64,000 bases of DNA from Betaproteobacteria bacterium. GTDB lineage: Bacteria > Pseudomonadota > Gammaproteobacteria > Burkholderiales > SG8-39. This document shows, in pieces, positions 10,390 through 19,438 of the stretch (its first letter is position 1; the number at the start of each line of letters is the position of its first letter). The stretch spans positions 66,958 through 130,957 of the forward strand of contig JBQTJX010000029.1 in the NCBI GenBank assembly GCA_052386675.1, given 5' to 3'. Position numbers and translations under genes: made by a program. The notes beneath the pieces were generated by a model that searched no databases, had not been told where the DNA came from, and saw only the letters and a program-made list of their open reading frames with translations.

Positions 10390-11022
10390 TCAACCTTCCA
10401 GTCGGAATGAAATCGGGATCAGCACCCAGGCGGAGACGGCCTGCTCTCCGCGCCGGGCCGGGACGAACTTCCAGCGGCGCACTGCCTCGCGCGCCGCGTG
10501 GTCCAGCCGGTCGTGGCCGCTCGAGCTGCGCACCTGCACCTCGGCGGCGCCGCCGCCCGGGGACACCAGGACGCGCAGGATCACGCGGCCCTGCTCGCCC
10601 ATGCGCCGGGAGATCGCGGGGAACACCGGCGGCGGGTTGTCCAGGTAATCGGCGTCGAACACGGGCGGCACGAACGGGGCTGGCGCCGGGGCGGCGACCG
10701 GCGGCGGGGCCTCGATGGGCGCGGGCGGCGACGGCGGCGGTGACGGCGGGGCGACGACGGGCGACGGCGCTTCGGCGGCAGCAGTGATGACAGGCGGCGG
10801 CTCGACCGGTCGCGGGACTGGCGGGCGCGCGACCGGCCTGGGCTTCGGGGGCTCGATCTTCGGTTCGGGCGGCTTCGGCGCCTGTGGCGGCAGCACCCAG
10901 TCCACCATGATCGGCGCGCTCGCGAGCAGCGCAGAGCGCGCCGGCTCGTACGCGAGCAGGGCAGTCACCATGACTGCATGCAGTCCGAGCGCCGAGGCCA
11001 TGCCGGTGAGCCGCGCGTTCAT
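10390..11022 (-). CDS. tonB: Energy transducer TonB
   Basis: N-terminal anchor with His (ALGLHA), Pro-rich linker, C-terminal SSG..RLD..A..AVRRWKFVPA domain. Confidence 0.93.
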   Translation of the reverse strand: MNARLTGMASALGLHAVMVTALLAYEPARSALLASAPIMVDWVLPPQAPKPPEPKIEPPKPRPVARPPVPRPVEPPPVITAAAEAPSPVVAPPSPPPSPPAPIEAPPPVAAPAPAPFVPPVFDADYLDNPPPVFPAISRRMGEQGRVILRVLVSPGGGAAEVQVRSSSGHDRLDHAAREAVRRWKFVPARRGEQAVSAWVLIPISFRLEG

Positions 11023-11025
11023 CGC

Positions 11026-11277
11026 TCAATGCAGACTGCGGGACTCGTCCACGGCCACCGCCGCCTCGCTCCAGGCGCCATGCAGCGCGGCGCAGACGTC
11101 GCGCACCACCGGAGGCGTGTCCGGATGCGTGGCGAGGCACTGCATGTGGCGCGACACGCACAGCGCGAGGCGCGGACAGCCGCTTCGCGCGTAGTGCGTC
11201 ATCAAGTAAATGAGCGCGGCGGCCACGGTGTCCGCGCGGCTGGCCTCAGGGTCGGGGTGGGGGATCGGCTCGTCCAT
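11026..11277 (-). CDS. Hypothetical 83-aa Cys/His-rich protein in heme uptake operon
   Basis: SD gggagg, ATG, fills the hmuV-tonB gap with 11- and 3-bp spacers. Confidence 0.75.
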   Translation of the reverse strand: MDEPIPHPDPEASRADTVAAALIYLMTHYARSGCPRLALCVSRHMQCLATHPDTPPVVRDVCAALHGAWSEAAVAVDESRSLH

Positions 11278-11288
11278 GGCTTGCCTCC

Positions 11289-12077
11289 CTAGAGGGTGGG
11301 AACGACCAGCGGCCGATCAGCGCCGGGATGGCGCAGGATTGCCACCGGCACGTTGAAGCAGTCGGCGATGTGCGCCTCGGTGAGCACCTCGTGCGGCGTG
11401 CCCTCGGCCGCGAGCGCGCCGCGCTTGAGGATCGCGATGCGGTCGGCATAGCGCGAGGCGAGGTTGAGGTCGTGCAGCACTGCGAGCACGCCGGCGCCGC
11501 GCTCGCGCGCGAAGCGGCGCGCGGTTTCCAGCGCGTGGTGCTGGTGCGCGAGGTCGAGGCTCGCCACTGGCTCGTCGAGCAGCAGGTAGCCGGGCTCGCG
11601 GGTATCGGTCTCCCACAACTGGGCCAGCACGCGCGCGAGCGACACCCGCGCACGCTCGCCGCCGGAGAGCGTGGCTACGCTGCGCGCTTCCAGCGCCGCG
11701 GCATCGGTCATGGCAAGCGCGGCGCGCGCCACGGCGAGGTCGTTCGCGCCCGGGGCGCCGCCCGAATGCGGGTGGCGGCCCAGCAGCACGGTCTCCAGCG
11801 CGTTGAAGCCGAACGCGACCGCGCCCTCCTGCGGCAGCACCGCGCGCCGCTTCGCCTGCTCGCGCAGGCTCCACAGGTAGAGTGGCCGGCCGTCCAGGCG
11901 CGCATGGCCCTCCTTCGGGCGCAAGTCGCCGGCCAGGACCTTGAGCAGCGTGGACTTGCCCGCGCCGTTCTCGCCGGCGAGCGCGAGCAGCTCGCCGGGG
12001 CGGACTTCGAGCGTGGCGTGTCGCAGCAGCGCCTTGCCGCCATCCACCTTGAGCGTGACGTTCACCGCTTCGAGCAT
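11289..12077 (-). CDS. hmuV: Heme ABC transporter ATP-binding protein
   Basis: Walker A GENGAGKST, LSGGE, LLLDEP, VLHDLNLA; operon context. Confidence 0.92.
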   Translation of the reverse strand: MLEAVNVTLKVDGGKALLRHATLEVRPGELLALAGENGAGKSTLLKVLAGDLRPKEGHARLDGRPLYLWSLREQAKRRAVLPQEGAVAFGFNALETVLLGRHPHSGGAPGANDLAVARAALAMTDAAALEARSVATLSGGERARVSLARVLAQLWETDTREPGYLLLDEPVASLDLAHQHHALETARRFARERGAGVLAVLHDLNLASRYADRIAILKRGALAAEGTPHEVLTEAHIADCFNVPVAILRHPGADRPLVVPTL

Positions 12078-13165
12078 CAAAGCCTCCAGGTATGGCGCTG
12101 CCGGTAAAGCAGCACGAGGAAGAACGGGCCGCCCATCAGCGCGCAGACCACTCCCATGGGCAGTTCCGCCGGCGCGGCCAGGGTGCGCGCCAGCGTGTCG
12201 GCGAGCACCGCGATCAGCGCGCCGGCAAGCGCGCTGCCGGGCAGCACCACGCGGTGGTCCGGGCCGCAGGCGAGGCGCACGAAATGCGGCGCCATCAGTC
12301 CGATGAAACTGATGATCCCGGTGAAGGCCACCGTGGCGCCGACCACCAGCGCGGCGAGCAGCACCGCGGCGCGCTTCAGGCGCTGCACGTCAACCCCGAG
12401 GTGGCCGGCCTCGGCCTCGCCCAGTGCGAGCGCGTTGAGCGCAGGGGCGAGGCGCAGCATCACCGCGCCCGCCGCGACGACAACGGTCCCTGACACCGCG
12501 ACCACCTGCCAGCTGGCGCCGCCCAGGCTGCCCAGGCTCCAGAAGGTGAGGTTGCGCAACTGCTCGTCGTTGGCGATGAACTGCATGCCCCCGATGCCGG
12601 CAAAGGTCATTGCCGTGACCGCGATTCCGGCGAGCAGCATGACCCCGAGCGAGGTGCGGCCCTCGCTTTGCCCGAGGCGGTACACCAGCAGCGTGGTGGC
12701 GAAGCCTGCGGCGAAGGCCGCCAGCGGCAGCGCGTAGCCGCGCAGCGCCGCGAACGCGGCCGGCATCCAGGACACGCCCAGCACGATGGCCGCGGCGGCG
12801 CCCAGCGCCGCGCCGCTGGAGATGCCGATCAGCGTCGGATCGGCGAGCGGATTCCGGAACAGGCCCTGCAGTAGCGCGCCGGCGAGCGCGAGCGCCGCGC
12901 CAACGCAGGCACCGAACAGCACGCGAGGCAGTCGGATGGTCCAGAGCACCGCTTGCTGCTGCTCGCTGTAGGCCACGCCGAAGTCAGCGAGCGGCCTGAA
13001 TACGATGGCAAGGACCTGCGCGGGCGAAAGCTGGAACGCGCCGCTCGCGATCGCGACCACCACGGCCAAGGCGAGGGCGGAGGCGAGCAGCACCAGCGCG
13101 AGCGCGGGCGGGAGGCGTCCCGGCATTCGGGGCGTGCGGGGTAGCGCGGTCGCCGCTCCGCTCAT
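12077..13165 (-). CDS. hmuU: Heme ABC transporter permease (FecCD family)
   Basis: IRLPR, LFRNPLADP, LGEAEAGHLG, FIGLMAPH; ATGA overlap with hmuT. Confidence 0.92.
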   Translation of the reverse strand: MSGAATALPRTPRMPGRLPPALALVLLASALALAVVVAIASGAFQLSPAQVLAIVFRPLADFGVAYSEQQQAVLWTIRLPRVLFGACVGAALALAGALLQGLFRNPLADPTLIGISSGAALGAAAAIVLGVSWMPAAFAALRGYALPLAAFAAGFATTLLVYRLGQSEGRTSLGVMLLAGIAVTAMTFAGIGGMQFIANDEQLRNLTFWSLGSLGGASWQVVAVSGTVVVAAGAVMLRLAPALNALALGEAEAGHLGVDVQRLKRAAVLLAALVVGATVAFTGIISFIGLMAPHFVRLACGPDHRVVLPGSALAGALIAVLADTLARTLAAPAELPMGVVCALMGGPFFLVLLYRQRHTWRL

Positions 13166-13998
13166 GGTGCCACGGCGCGCAGCTGCCGGGCGAGGTCCCG
13201 CAGCGCCTGCGGCAGGCGCGGTCCGAAGCCGAGCAGGTACAGGGCGTCCATGGACACCACGCGCCCCGCCTTTGCCGCCGGCGTCAGCGCAAGGCCGGGT
13301 TTTTCCCAGAGACGCTTCGCACCGCCCAGTTCCTGCAGCCCCTGGTCCGTAATCAGGATCACCTCGGGCGCGGCGGCGACCGCGGCCTCGGCGGTAAGCG
13401 GTTTGTAGCCCTTGAATCCGGAGGCCGCGTTGGTGGCGCCCGCGAGCTGCAGCATGGCGTGCGCCGCGGTGTCCTCGCCGGCGACCATCATGTTGGTGCC
13501 GGTGTGCGCGAGGATGAACGCGACGCGAGGCCTGCCGGGCAGGGCCTTCAGGAACTCGGTCGTGCGCGCCCATTCGGCTTCCAGGCGCGCGTGCAGCTCC
13601 GCGCCCGGCTGGCGCGCGCCGAGCGCCGCGGCGACTTCGCGGACGTTGTCCCTGAGCACGCCGAAGCTGTGGCCCTGCGCGAGCAGCTTCACTGGCACGC
13701 CGGCGCCGCGGATCTGGGCGAGCGCCGTGCCCGGGCCTGCGTCGGCGGTCGCCAGCAGCAACTGCGGGCGCAGCGACAGCACGCCCTCGGCCGACAGCGA
13801 GCGCAGGTAGCCCACCTTCGGAAGCGCGCGCGCCGCTTCGGGTTCCAGGCTGGTGCTGTCGACGGCGACCAGGCGACTGCCGGCGCCCAGCGCGTAGACG
13901 ATCTCGGTGACCGCGCCGCCGACCGCGATCACGCGCTCCTGCGCCAGGGCCGTGCCCGCGGCGGTCGCGAGCAGGACGATGGCGGCCAAGCGCTTCAT
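13162..13998 (-). CDS. hmuT: Heme ABC transporter periplasmic binding protein
   Basis: Signal peptide, GGAVTEIVYALG, VGYLRSLSAEGVLSL (heme-ligand Tyr), LLGFGPR. Confidence 0.92.
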   Translation of the reverse strand: MKRLAAIVLLATAAGTALAQERVIAVGGAVTEIVYALGAGSRLVAVDSTSLEPEAARALPKVGYLRSLSAEGVLSLRPQLLLATADAGPGTALAQIRGAGVPVKLLAQGHSFGVLRDNVREVAAALGARQPGAELHARLEAEWARTTEFLKALPGRPRVAFILAHTGTNMMVAGEDTAAHAMLQLAGATNAASGFKGYKPLTAEAAVAAAPEVILITDQGLQELGGAKRLWEKPGLALTPAAKAGRVVSMDALYLLGFGPRLPQALRDLARQLRAVAP

Positions 13999-15026
13999 GC
14001 CGGGAACAGGCGCCCGAGCAGCTCGCGCCACGCGGTGCTCTCGGGCACGCCCGGCTTCCTTTTTCCGAACAGGAGGGCGATGGTCTCGCCGTCGACATCG
14101 AACAGCTCGAGCGAGGTCACGTCGCCGTCCGTGGTGGGCTTGCGCACGATCCAGGATTCGGCGATGCGGTCCTCGCGCAGGTGCAGGTTGAACCCGGGAT
14201 CCATCACGTTCACCCAGCGGTCCATGATCCTGATGTTCGACACCGGGCCGGTGTGGATCTGGATGCAGCCGCGGTTGCCGACGAACACCATGATCTCAAG
14301 CAGGTCCGCCGAGGCGGCCTCGAGCACCTTGCGCGCCGCGTCGTGCGGCGCCGGGCGGCAGAAGCCGGGTCCTGCGAGGCGCATCGCCTGGGTACGGGCG
14401 ACGCCGAATTTCTTCAGCATGCCGAAGAATTCGTGCGTGTCCTTCATGTCGCCCCAGGCGCGGCGCAGGCCCTCGATGTCGACGGCGGCATCGGGGCGCG
14501 GCGTCTCGGGCGCCGGCGCCGGCTGCACGGACAGCCCCGGGGCCTGGTCGGCCGCGGCGAAGGCGTCCACGATCCGGCGCCAGGCGGCGGCGTCGCTCGC
14601 CTCGCGCAGGAAGATCTTGTGCACGGCGGCGCCCGAGGCGTCGTAGACCTGAAGGCTGCGCTGCGTGCCGCGGGGCGTCGACTCCTCGATCGCGAAGGCG
14701 TGCTTCCAGTGGCTGAAGAACAGGCGCAGGTCGATCGCCTCGCCCAGCGCGAGGCCGACCATGCCCTCGGCGGAGATGTTCTCGTAGGGGCCGTCCTTCT
14801 CGTGGACGCAGGATTCGTTGCGCGTGAGCGCCATCACGCTGCCCAGCTCCGGCACGCGCTTGAGCAGGTCGCGCAGGTCGCCCTCGAGCCGGGTCGCGGT
14901 GTCGCCCACGGCGCTTGCCACCAGCTCGGCCTCGCTCACGCCAAGGGCGTCGGCGGCGTCCCGGTTGCGCAGTTTCCGCGTCGCCTTCAGTTCGCGCCAG
15001 GCCTGCTGGATTTGTGCGGCTTGCAT
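13995..15026 (-). CDS. hmuS: Hemin-degrading/storage factor (HemS/ChuS/PhuS family)
   Basis: GVSEAEL, MALTRN..VHE, IDLRLF, DTHEF, FVGNRGCIQIH. Confidence 0.93.
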   Translation of the reverse strand: MQAAQIQQAWRELKATRKLRNRDAADALGVSEAELVASAVGDTATRLEGDLRDLLKRVPELGSVMALTRNESCVHEKDGPYENISAEGMVGLALGEAIDLRLFFSHWKHAFAIEESTPRGTQRSLQVYDASGAAVHKIFLREASDAAAWRRIVDAFAAADQAPGLSVQPAPAPETPRPDAAVDIEGLRRAWGDMKDTHEFFGMLKKFGVARTQAMRLAGPGFCRPAPHDAARKVLEAASADLLEIMVFVGNRGCIQIHTGPVSNIRIMDRWVNVMDPGFNLHLREDRIAESWIVRKPTTDGDVTSLELFDVDGETIALLFGKRKPGVPESTAWRELLGRLFPA

Positions 15027-15046
15027 GCTTGCCTCCTCGTGGTTGC

Positions 15047-17296
15047 CTAGAGATCGACGCGCAGCGACACGCTGACATTGCGCCCCGGGTTGGAATAGCG
15101 GTCCTCACGCCCGGCGCCGGCCGCGGTGTTCAGGAACGGCGCAGCCGCGGTGGCGCTCGAGGAGAGCAGGCGCACGTCGGACCAGTGCCAGTACTTCTCG
15201 TCGCCGATGTTGAAAATGCCGAAGTGCAGGCTCACGCGCTTGTCGAAGCGGACCCAGCCGGTCAGGTCGAATACCTGGTAGCCGCCCGGACGGAAGCCGT
15301 GGGCGCTGGTGTCGTCCACGTCGCCGTCGTCCACGCGCGAGACGAAGGTGCCGGCGAACTGCCCGCCCCAGTTTCCGCCGCGCGACTCGTAGCGCAGGCC
15401 GGCGGCGAGCTTGGCCGGGTCGATGGTGTTGATGGGCTTGCCGGTGTCCTGGTCACGCCCGCGTGCGGAACCGAAGGCCGCGGCGAGTCCCCAGCCTTGG
15501 GCAATGCGCCAGTCAGTGCGTGCCTCCAGGCCGCTGATGCGGACCCGGGACAGGTTGCGAGACTGGAAGGTGCCGAAGGGGAAGCCCGCGACGCAGGCCG
15601 GGTCGGCCGGGCACGCGAGCGCCTGCTGAGTGGCGATGAAGTCCTGGTAGCGGTTGGAGAACACCGCGACGCTGGCGTCCACGGGATCGGAGCCGGCGCG
15701 CACGCCGGCCTCGAAGCCGGTGGAGCGCTCCGGCTTCAGGTCCAGGTTCGGGATGAAGGTGTAGCCGGCGGCCGCGTTGGCGAAGGCGCCGAACAGATCC
15801 AGCGCCGGCGGCGCGCGGAAGCCCTTGGCGACCTGGCCGTAGGCGGACCAGACCGGGTTGAACTTCCAGAGCGCGCCCAGCTTGGGCGAGACCGCGCTGT
15901 CACTACGCACCTGCAGCCGCGCAGTCGGATTTCCGGTGGTGAATATCGCGTCGGGTTTCGGATCGATGCGGAAGCTGTCGAGGCGCACCCCGGGGGTGAG
16001 CAGCAAGCGCCCGCCGGCGAGCGCGATCTCATCCTGCAGGAAGGCGCCGAACAGGCGCGTGTCGGTGTCGGGGAAATCGCGCGCCGGGAACGTGTCGGGG
16101 AATAGCACCTTGGTCACGACGCCAGTGTTCGGATTGACCGAGAAGCCGTCGCGCAGCTCGCTGGTGGCGGTCTGGACCAGGTCGAAGCCATAGCTCAGCC
16201 GGTGCGCGTGGCTGCCGAAATCCAGGCGCGATTCCAGCTGCAGGCCGCCGCCGACGCTGTCCTGGTCGAACTGGAAGGTGGTTTCGCGGACCGCCGGCGT
16301 GGTGCGGCGCTCGGTGGACTTCTGGAACGTGCGGCTCGCCTGCGCATGCAGGTTCCAGCGCAGTGCGCTCACCCAGCTCCAGGGCTTGAGCCACTCGTGC
16401 TCCAGCGACAGGCGCGAGCGGCGCGAACTGTCCTCGCCGGCCAGGGACAGGTCGCTCGCCACCGAGGGATTGCCGGTCAGCACGTCGGTCTGCGCGCGGC
16501 CATCCCGGTGCTCTCCGGTGAGCTTCACGGTGTGCCCGGAGGCGGGCTTGAGCACCAGCTTGCCCAGCAGGTTCTGCGATTCGTTGGTCTGCGGGTTGGC
16601 GAGGGTGCGAGCGTCGCCGAAGCCGCCGACGGTGCCCTTGTTCTCTGTTTCGTGGCCTCGACGGTCGGTGTACCAGAGCATGCCCTGGACATCGCCACGC
16701 CCGGCGGCGACCGAGAAATGGTTGGCCAGGCTGCGGTCGGCGCCGGCGTAGCTGCCCTTCCAGCCTGCGTACCACGGGCGGTCGGTGAGCCGGAGCAGGT
16801 CGGCGGGGTCCTTGGTGGTGAAGGACACCACGCCGCCGATGGCGTCCGAACCATAGAGCGGGGAACCGGCGCCGCGCAGGATCTCGACGCGCTTCAACGT
16901 CTCCATCTCGACCAGGTCGCGCGAGGTGCCGTTCAACAGGCTCGCGCTGAAGCTGAACTCGTCGGGCACCCGGATGCCGTCCAGCAGCATCAGCACGCGG
17001 TTACCCTCGATGCCGCGGATGTTGAAGCTGGCGTTGCCGAAGCGCCGCGACTGCTCGCTGCGCACCGATACGTTGGGCTCGTAGCGCACCAGGTCGCGCG
17101 CGTCCTGCACCATCTCGCGCTCGATGCGCTCGTCCCGGATCACGCTCACCGTGGCCGGGACCTCGTCGGCCGGGTTCTCGGTGCGGGTGGCCGATACGGT
17201 TACTTCCTTCAGGCGCGCCGGTTCAGGCGCCGCCTGCTGGGCGAAGGCCGGTGCCGCGACGAGCGCGGCAGCCGGGACGAGGAACGCTCTTTTCAT
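15047..17296 (-). CDS. TonB-dependent heme/hemoglobin receptor
   Basis: TonB box EVTVSA, plug NIRG..VEILRG..LYGSDAIGGVV, FRAP and PNLDLKPE motifs; lies between hemP and hmuS. Confidence 0.92.
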   Translation of the reverse strand: MKRAFLVPAAALVAAPAFAQQAAPEPARLKEVTVSATRTENPADEVPATVSVIRDERIEREMVQDARDLVRYEPNVSVRSEQSRRFGNASFNIRGIEGNRVLMLLDGIRVPDEFSFSASLLNGTSRDLVEMETLKRVEILRGAGSPLYGSDAIGGVVSFTTKDPADLLRLTDRPWYAGWKGSYAGADRSLANHFSVAAGRGDVQGMLWYTDRRGHETENKGTVGGFGDARTLANPQTNESQNLLGKLVLKPASGHTVKLTGEHRDGRAQTDVLTGNPSVASDLSLAGEDSSRRSRLSLEHEWLKPWSWVSALRWNLHAQASRTFQKSTERRTTPAVRETTFQFDQDSVGGGLQLESRLDFGSHAHRLSYGFDLVQTATSELRDGFSVNPNTGVVTKVLFPDTFPARDFPDTDTRLFGAFLQDEIALAGGRLLLTPGVRLDSFRIDPKPDAIFTTGNPTARLQVRSDSAVSPKLGALWKFNPVWSAYGQVAKGFRAPPALDLFGAFANAAAGYTFIPNLDLKPERSTGFEAGVRAGSDPVDASVAVFSNRYQDFIATQQALACPADPACVAGFPFGTFQSRNLSRVRISGLEARTDWRIAQGWGLAAAFGSARGRDQDTGKPINTIDPAKLAAGLRYESRGGNWGGQFAGTFVSRVDDGDVDDTSAHGFRPGGYQVFDLTGWVRFDKRVSLHFGIFNIGDEKYWHWSDVRLLSSSATAAAPFLNTAAGAGREDRYSNPGRNVSVSLRVDL

Positions 17297-17377
17297 GGCC
17301 AGCATCTCCCTTGGGGCAGAGAAAAGTGCTGGCTGGCGGCGGCCGGTCGGCCGCGCTGGCTGGCGGTGGGGCCGCGC

Positions 17378-17542
17378 TCAGGCGGTCAGGATCAACTTGT
17401 CGTTCTGGGTCAGCCGCAGCCGGTACTCGCGCCCGTTGTGCACGATCACCAGTTCCCGCTTCTCGCCCAGCAGGGACTCGCTGGTGACGCGCGCAAGGTC
17501 CTTGGGCTGCTTCGGGTTGGGCTTGGACTTCTCAGTCTGCAT
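17378..17542 (-). CDS. hemP: Hemin uptake protein HemP/HmuP
   Basis: 54 aa, ELVIVHNGREYRLRLTQNDKLILT signature. Confidence 0.92.
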   Translation of the reverse strand: MQTEKSKPNPKQPKDLARVTSESLLGEKRELVIVHNGREYRLRLTQNDKLILTA

Positions 17543-17548
17543 ACGCAA

Positions 17549-17577
17549 ACGATAAGCGTTCTCATTAGCGTTGTCAA
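17549..17577 (-). promoter_or_regulatory. Sigma70 promoter of hemP with overlapping Fur box
   Basis: TTGACA-17 nt-TATCGT; GCTAATGAGAACGCTTATC (17551-17569) matches 14/19 of GATAATGATAATCATTATC. Confidence 0.85.
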
Positions 17578-17628
17578 TCGACCATTTCAGAAAATATGCT
17601 CCGAAAGATAAGTGACTACTAACAATCT

Positions 17629-18483
17629 TCAGGATCCCTTGCGCATTCCCTCGCAGGGATCCGGCCGCGGCTGCGGCAGGGTGAACCAGAGATAGTCGTA
17701 GGCGCCAGGATCGTAGGCGCGCGGATCCGCCTCGCCCGCGCGCGTCTCGATGAATCCCAAGCTGACCACGCTGGCATCCTCCGGCAGATACCGGGATACG
17801 CCTCGATCGCGCCTGACGTGGCCATTGCCGGCGATGAGGACCGCGCCGCCGGCGGCTCCGGACAGCGCGGCGGCAATCGTGGCGTCCCGCGCGCGCTGCG
17901 CCAGCACCATTGCGGGCACCACCTTCGCCGGCAGCGCGCCGCAATGGGAAATCTCGATCTCGCGCCGCATCGCGGCTTCGGCGGCGGCCGGCCATTCCGG
18001 AAGGGCAATGCCTTCCACCTTTCCCGTCATGACGACGCGGCGCGCCTCGGCGCGTGGCAGGTTCGCCGCCCGCACCGCGTGCCCGGCGCGCAGGGACGCT
18101 TCCAGGAGCGGCCGGTGCAGCGGCCAGCGCCAGCCCTTTTCATCCAGCCGGCCGGCGCGCGCGAGCGCATCTGCGTCCGCGCCGGCGCGCTGCGCCGCGC
18201 GCAGGGCGGGGTCGTGCTCGCGGTCGAACTGCTCGAAGAAGACTTCCGTGGGCGCCAACTGCTCCAGCAAGCGCGCGCGGATGGCGTGGTGCTCCGGGTG
18301 GTCGTGTACTTCCCCCAGCAGCCGGTAGCGCGCGGCGCGCAGCCGCGCGAGGAGGGTGTCTTCGTCGATGTAGTGCCCGCCGCGCGCATCCCAGATACGC
18401 CCTTCCAGCGCCGCGGGCGGGTTGGTGGCGCAGCCGGCGAGAAGCAGCGCGCCGGCCGCGAGGGCGGCAAGCGCCCGCCTCAT
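17629..18483 (-). CDS. ChaN/PhuW-family iron-regulated heme-binding lipoprotein
   Basis: Lipobox LAGC, LLGEVHDHPEHH, EQF, SHCG, AQRARD, IAGNGHVR; start may be GTG 18492. Confidence 0.85.
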   Translation of the reverse strand: MRRALAALAAGALLLAGCATNPPAALEGRIWDARGGHYIDEDTLLARLRAARYRLLGEVHDHPEHHAIRARLLEQLAPTEVFFEQFDREHDPALRAAQRAGADADALARAGRLDEKGWRWPLHRPLLEASLRAGHAVRAANLPRAEARRVVMTGKVEGIALPEWPAAAEAAMRREIEISHCGALPAKVVPAMVLAQRARDATIAAALSGAAGGAVLIAGNGHVRRDRGVSRYLPEDASVVSLGFIETRAGEADPRAYDPGAYDYLWFTLPQPRPDPCEGMRKGS

Positions 18484-18488
18484 GCGGC

Positions 18489-19427
18489 TCACGTCACCGG
18501 CGTCTTGACCGGCTTGCCGGCGAAATGCAGCCGCAGGTTCTCGACCTGGAGCGCGCCCATCGCGGTGCGCGTCTCGTCGGTGGCGCTGCCCACGTGCGGC
18601 ACCAGCACCGCGTTCTCCACCGAGAACCACGCCGGGTCGATTTTCGGCTCGCCGTCGAACACGTCCAGGCCCGCGCCCGCGATTTTGCCCTCGCGCAGGT
18701 AGCGCAGCAGCACCGCTTCGTCGATGAGCGAGCCGCGCGCGATGTTGACCACATAGCCCCTGGGCCCGAGCGCATCGAGCACCTGGGTGTTGACGATGCG
18801 CATCGTCTCCGCGCCGCCGGGAGCGGCGATCAGCAGCACATCGGAATGCTTCGCCAGCGACACCACGTCGGGCTCGTAGGGCCAGGCGACCTTCTTGCGG
18901 CTGCGGTTGTGGTAGCGGATCTTCATGCCGAAGGCCTCGGCGCGCTTCGCGATCGCCTCGCCGATGCGCCCCAGGCCCAGCACGCCGAGCGTCTTGCCGC
19001 CCAGTGAAGTGGTGAGCGGGTAGGCGCCGCGTGTCGCCCACTGCCCGGCGCGCAGGTAGTTCTCGGATTGCGGGAAGCGCCGCAGCGTGTTCAGCACCAG
19101 CGCCATCGCGGTGTCCGCGACGCAGTCGTTCAGCACGTCGGGCGTGTTGGTGACGAGGATCCTGCGCTTCCTGGCCGCGGCGAGGTCGATGGCGTCCACG
19201 CCGACGCCGAAGTTTGAGATGAGCTCCAGCTTGGGCAGCTGGTCCATCAGCGCGGCGTCGGCGCCAGCCGGGCCGAACGTGGCCAGCGCCCGCACCGCGC
19301 CCGCGTGCCGGCGCAGGAATGCCGCGCGGTCGGCGGACTCGTAGAGCTTGTGGCAGGTGAAGGACTGGTCCAGCGCGTCCTGCGTGCGCTGGAAGATCTT
19401 CCCGGTGACGATGATCTCCGGTTTCAT
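18489..19427 (-). CDS. D-2-hydroxyacid dehydrogenase (glyoxylate/hydroxypyruvate reductase-like)
   Basis: FGVGVD, VTNTPDVL, GLGRIG, NIARG, GLDVF, VPHVGSAT. Confidence 0.9.
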   Translation of the reverse strand: MKPEIIVTGKIFQRTQDALDQSFTCHKLYESADRAAFLRRHAGAVRALATFGPAGADAALMDQLPKLELISNFGVGVDAIDLAAARKRRILVTNTPDVLNDCVADTAMALVLNTLRRFPQSENYLRAGQWATRGAYPLTTSLGGKTLGVLGLGRIGEAIAKRAEAFGMKIRYHNRSRKKVAWPYEPDVVSLAKHSDVLLIAAPGGAETMRIVNTQVLDALGPRGYVVNIARGSLIDEAVLLRYLREGKIAGAGLDVFDGEPKIDPAWFSVENAVLVPHVGSATDETRTAMGALQVENLRLHFAGKPVKTPVT

Positions 19428-19438
19428 GGATACCTTTC

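Noticed and set aside
10680-10890. Repetitive GGC-rich stretch
   Set aside because: Encodes the normal Pro-rich TonB linker; not a DNA repeat element.
17327-17364. Direct repeat gctggctggcgg twice around a small hairpin between hemP and the receptor gene
   Set aside because: Short and GC-rich; may be an mRNA structure, but chance cannot be excluded.
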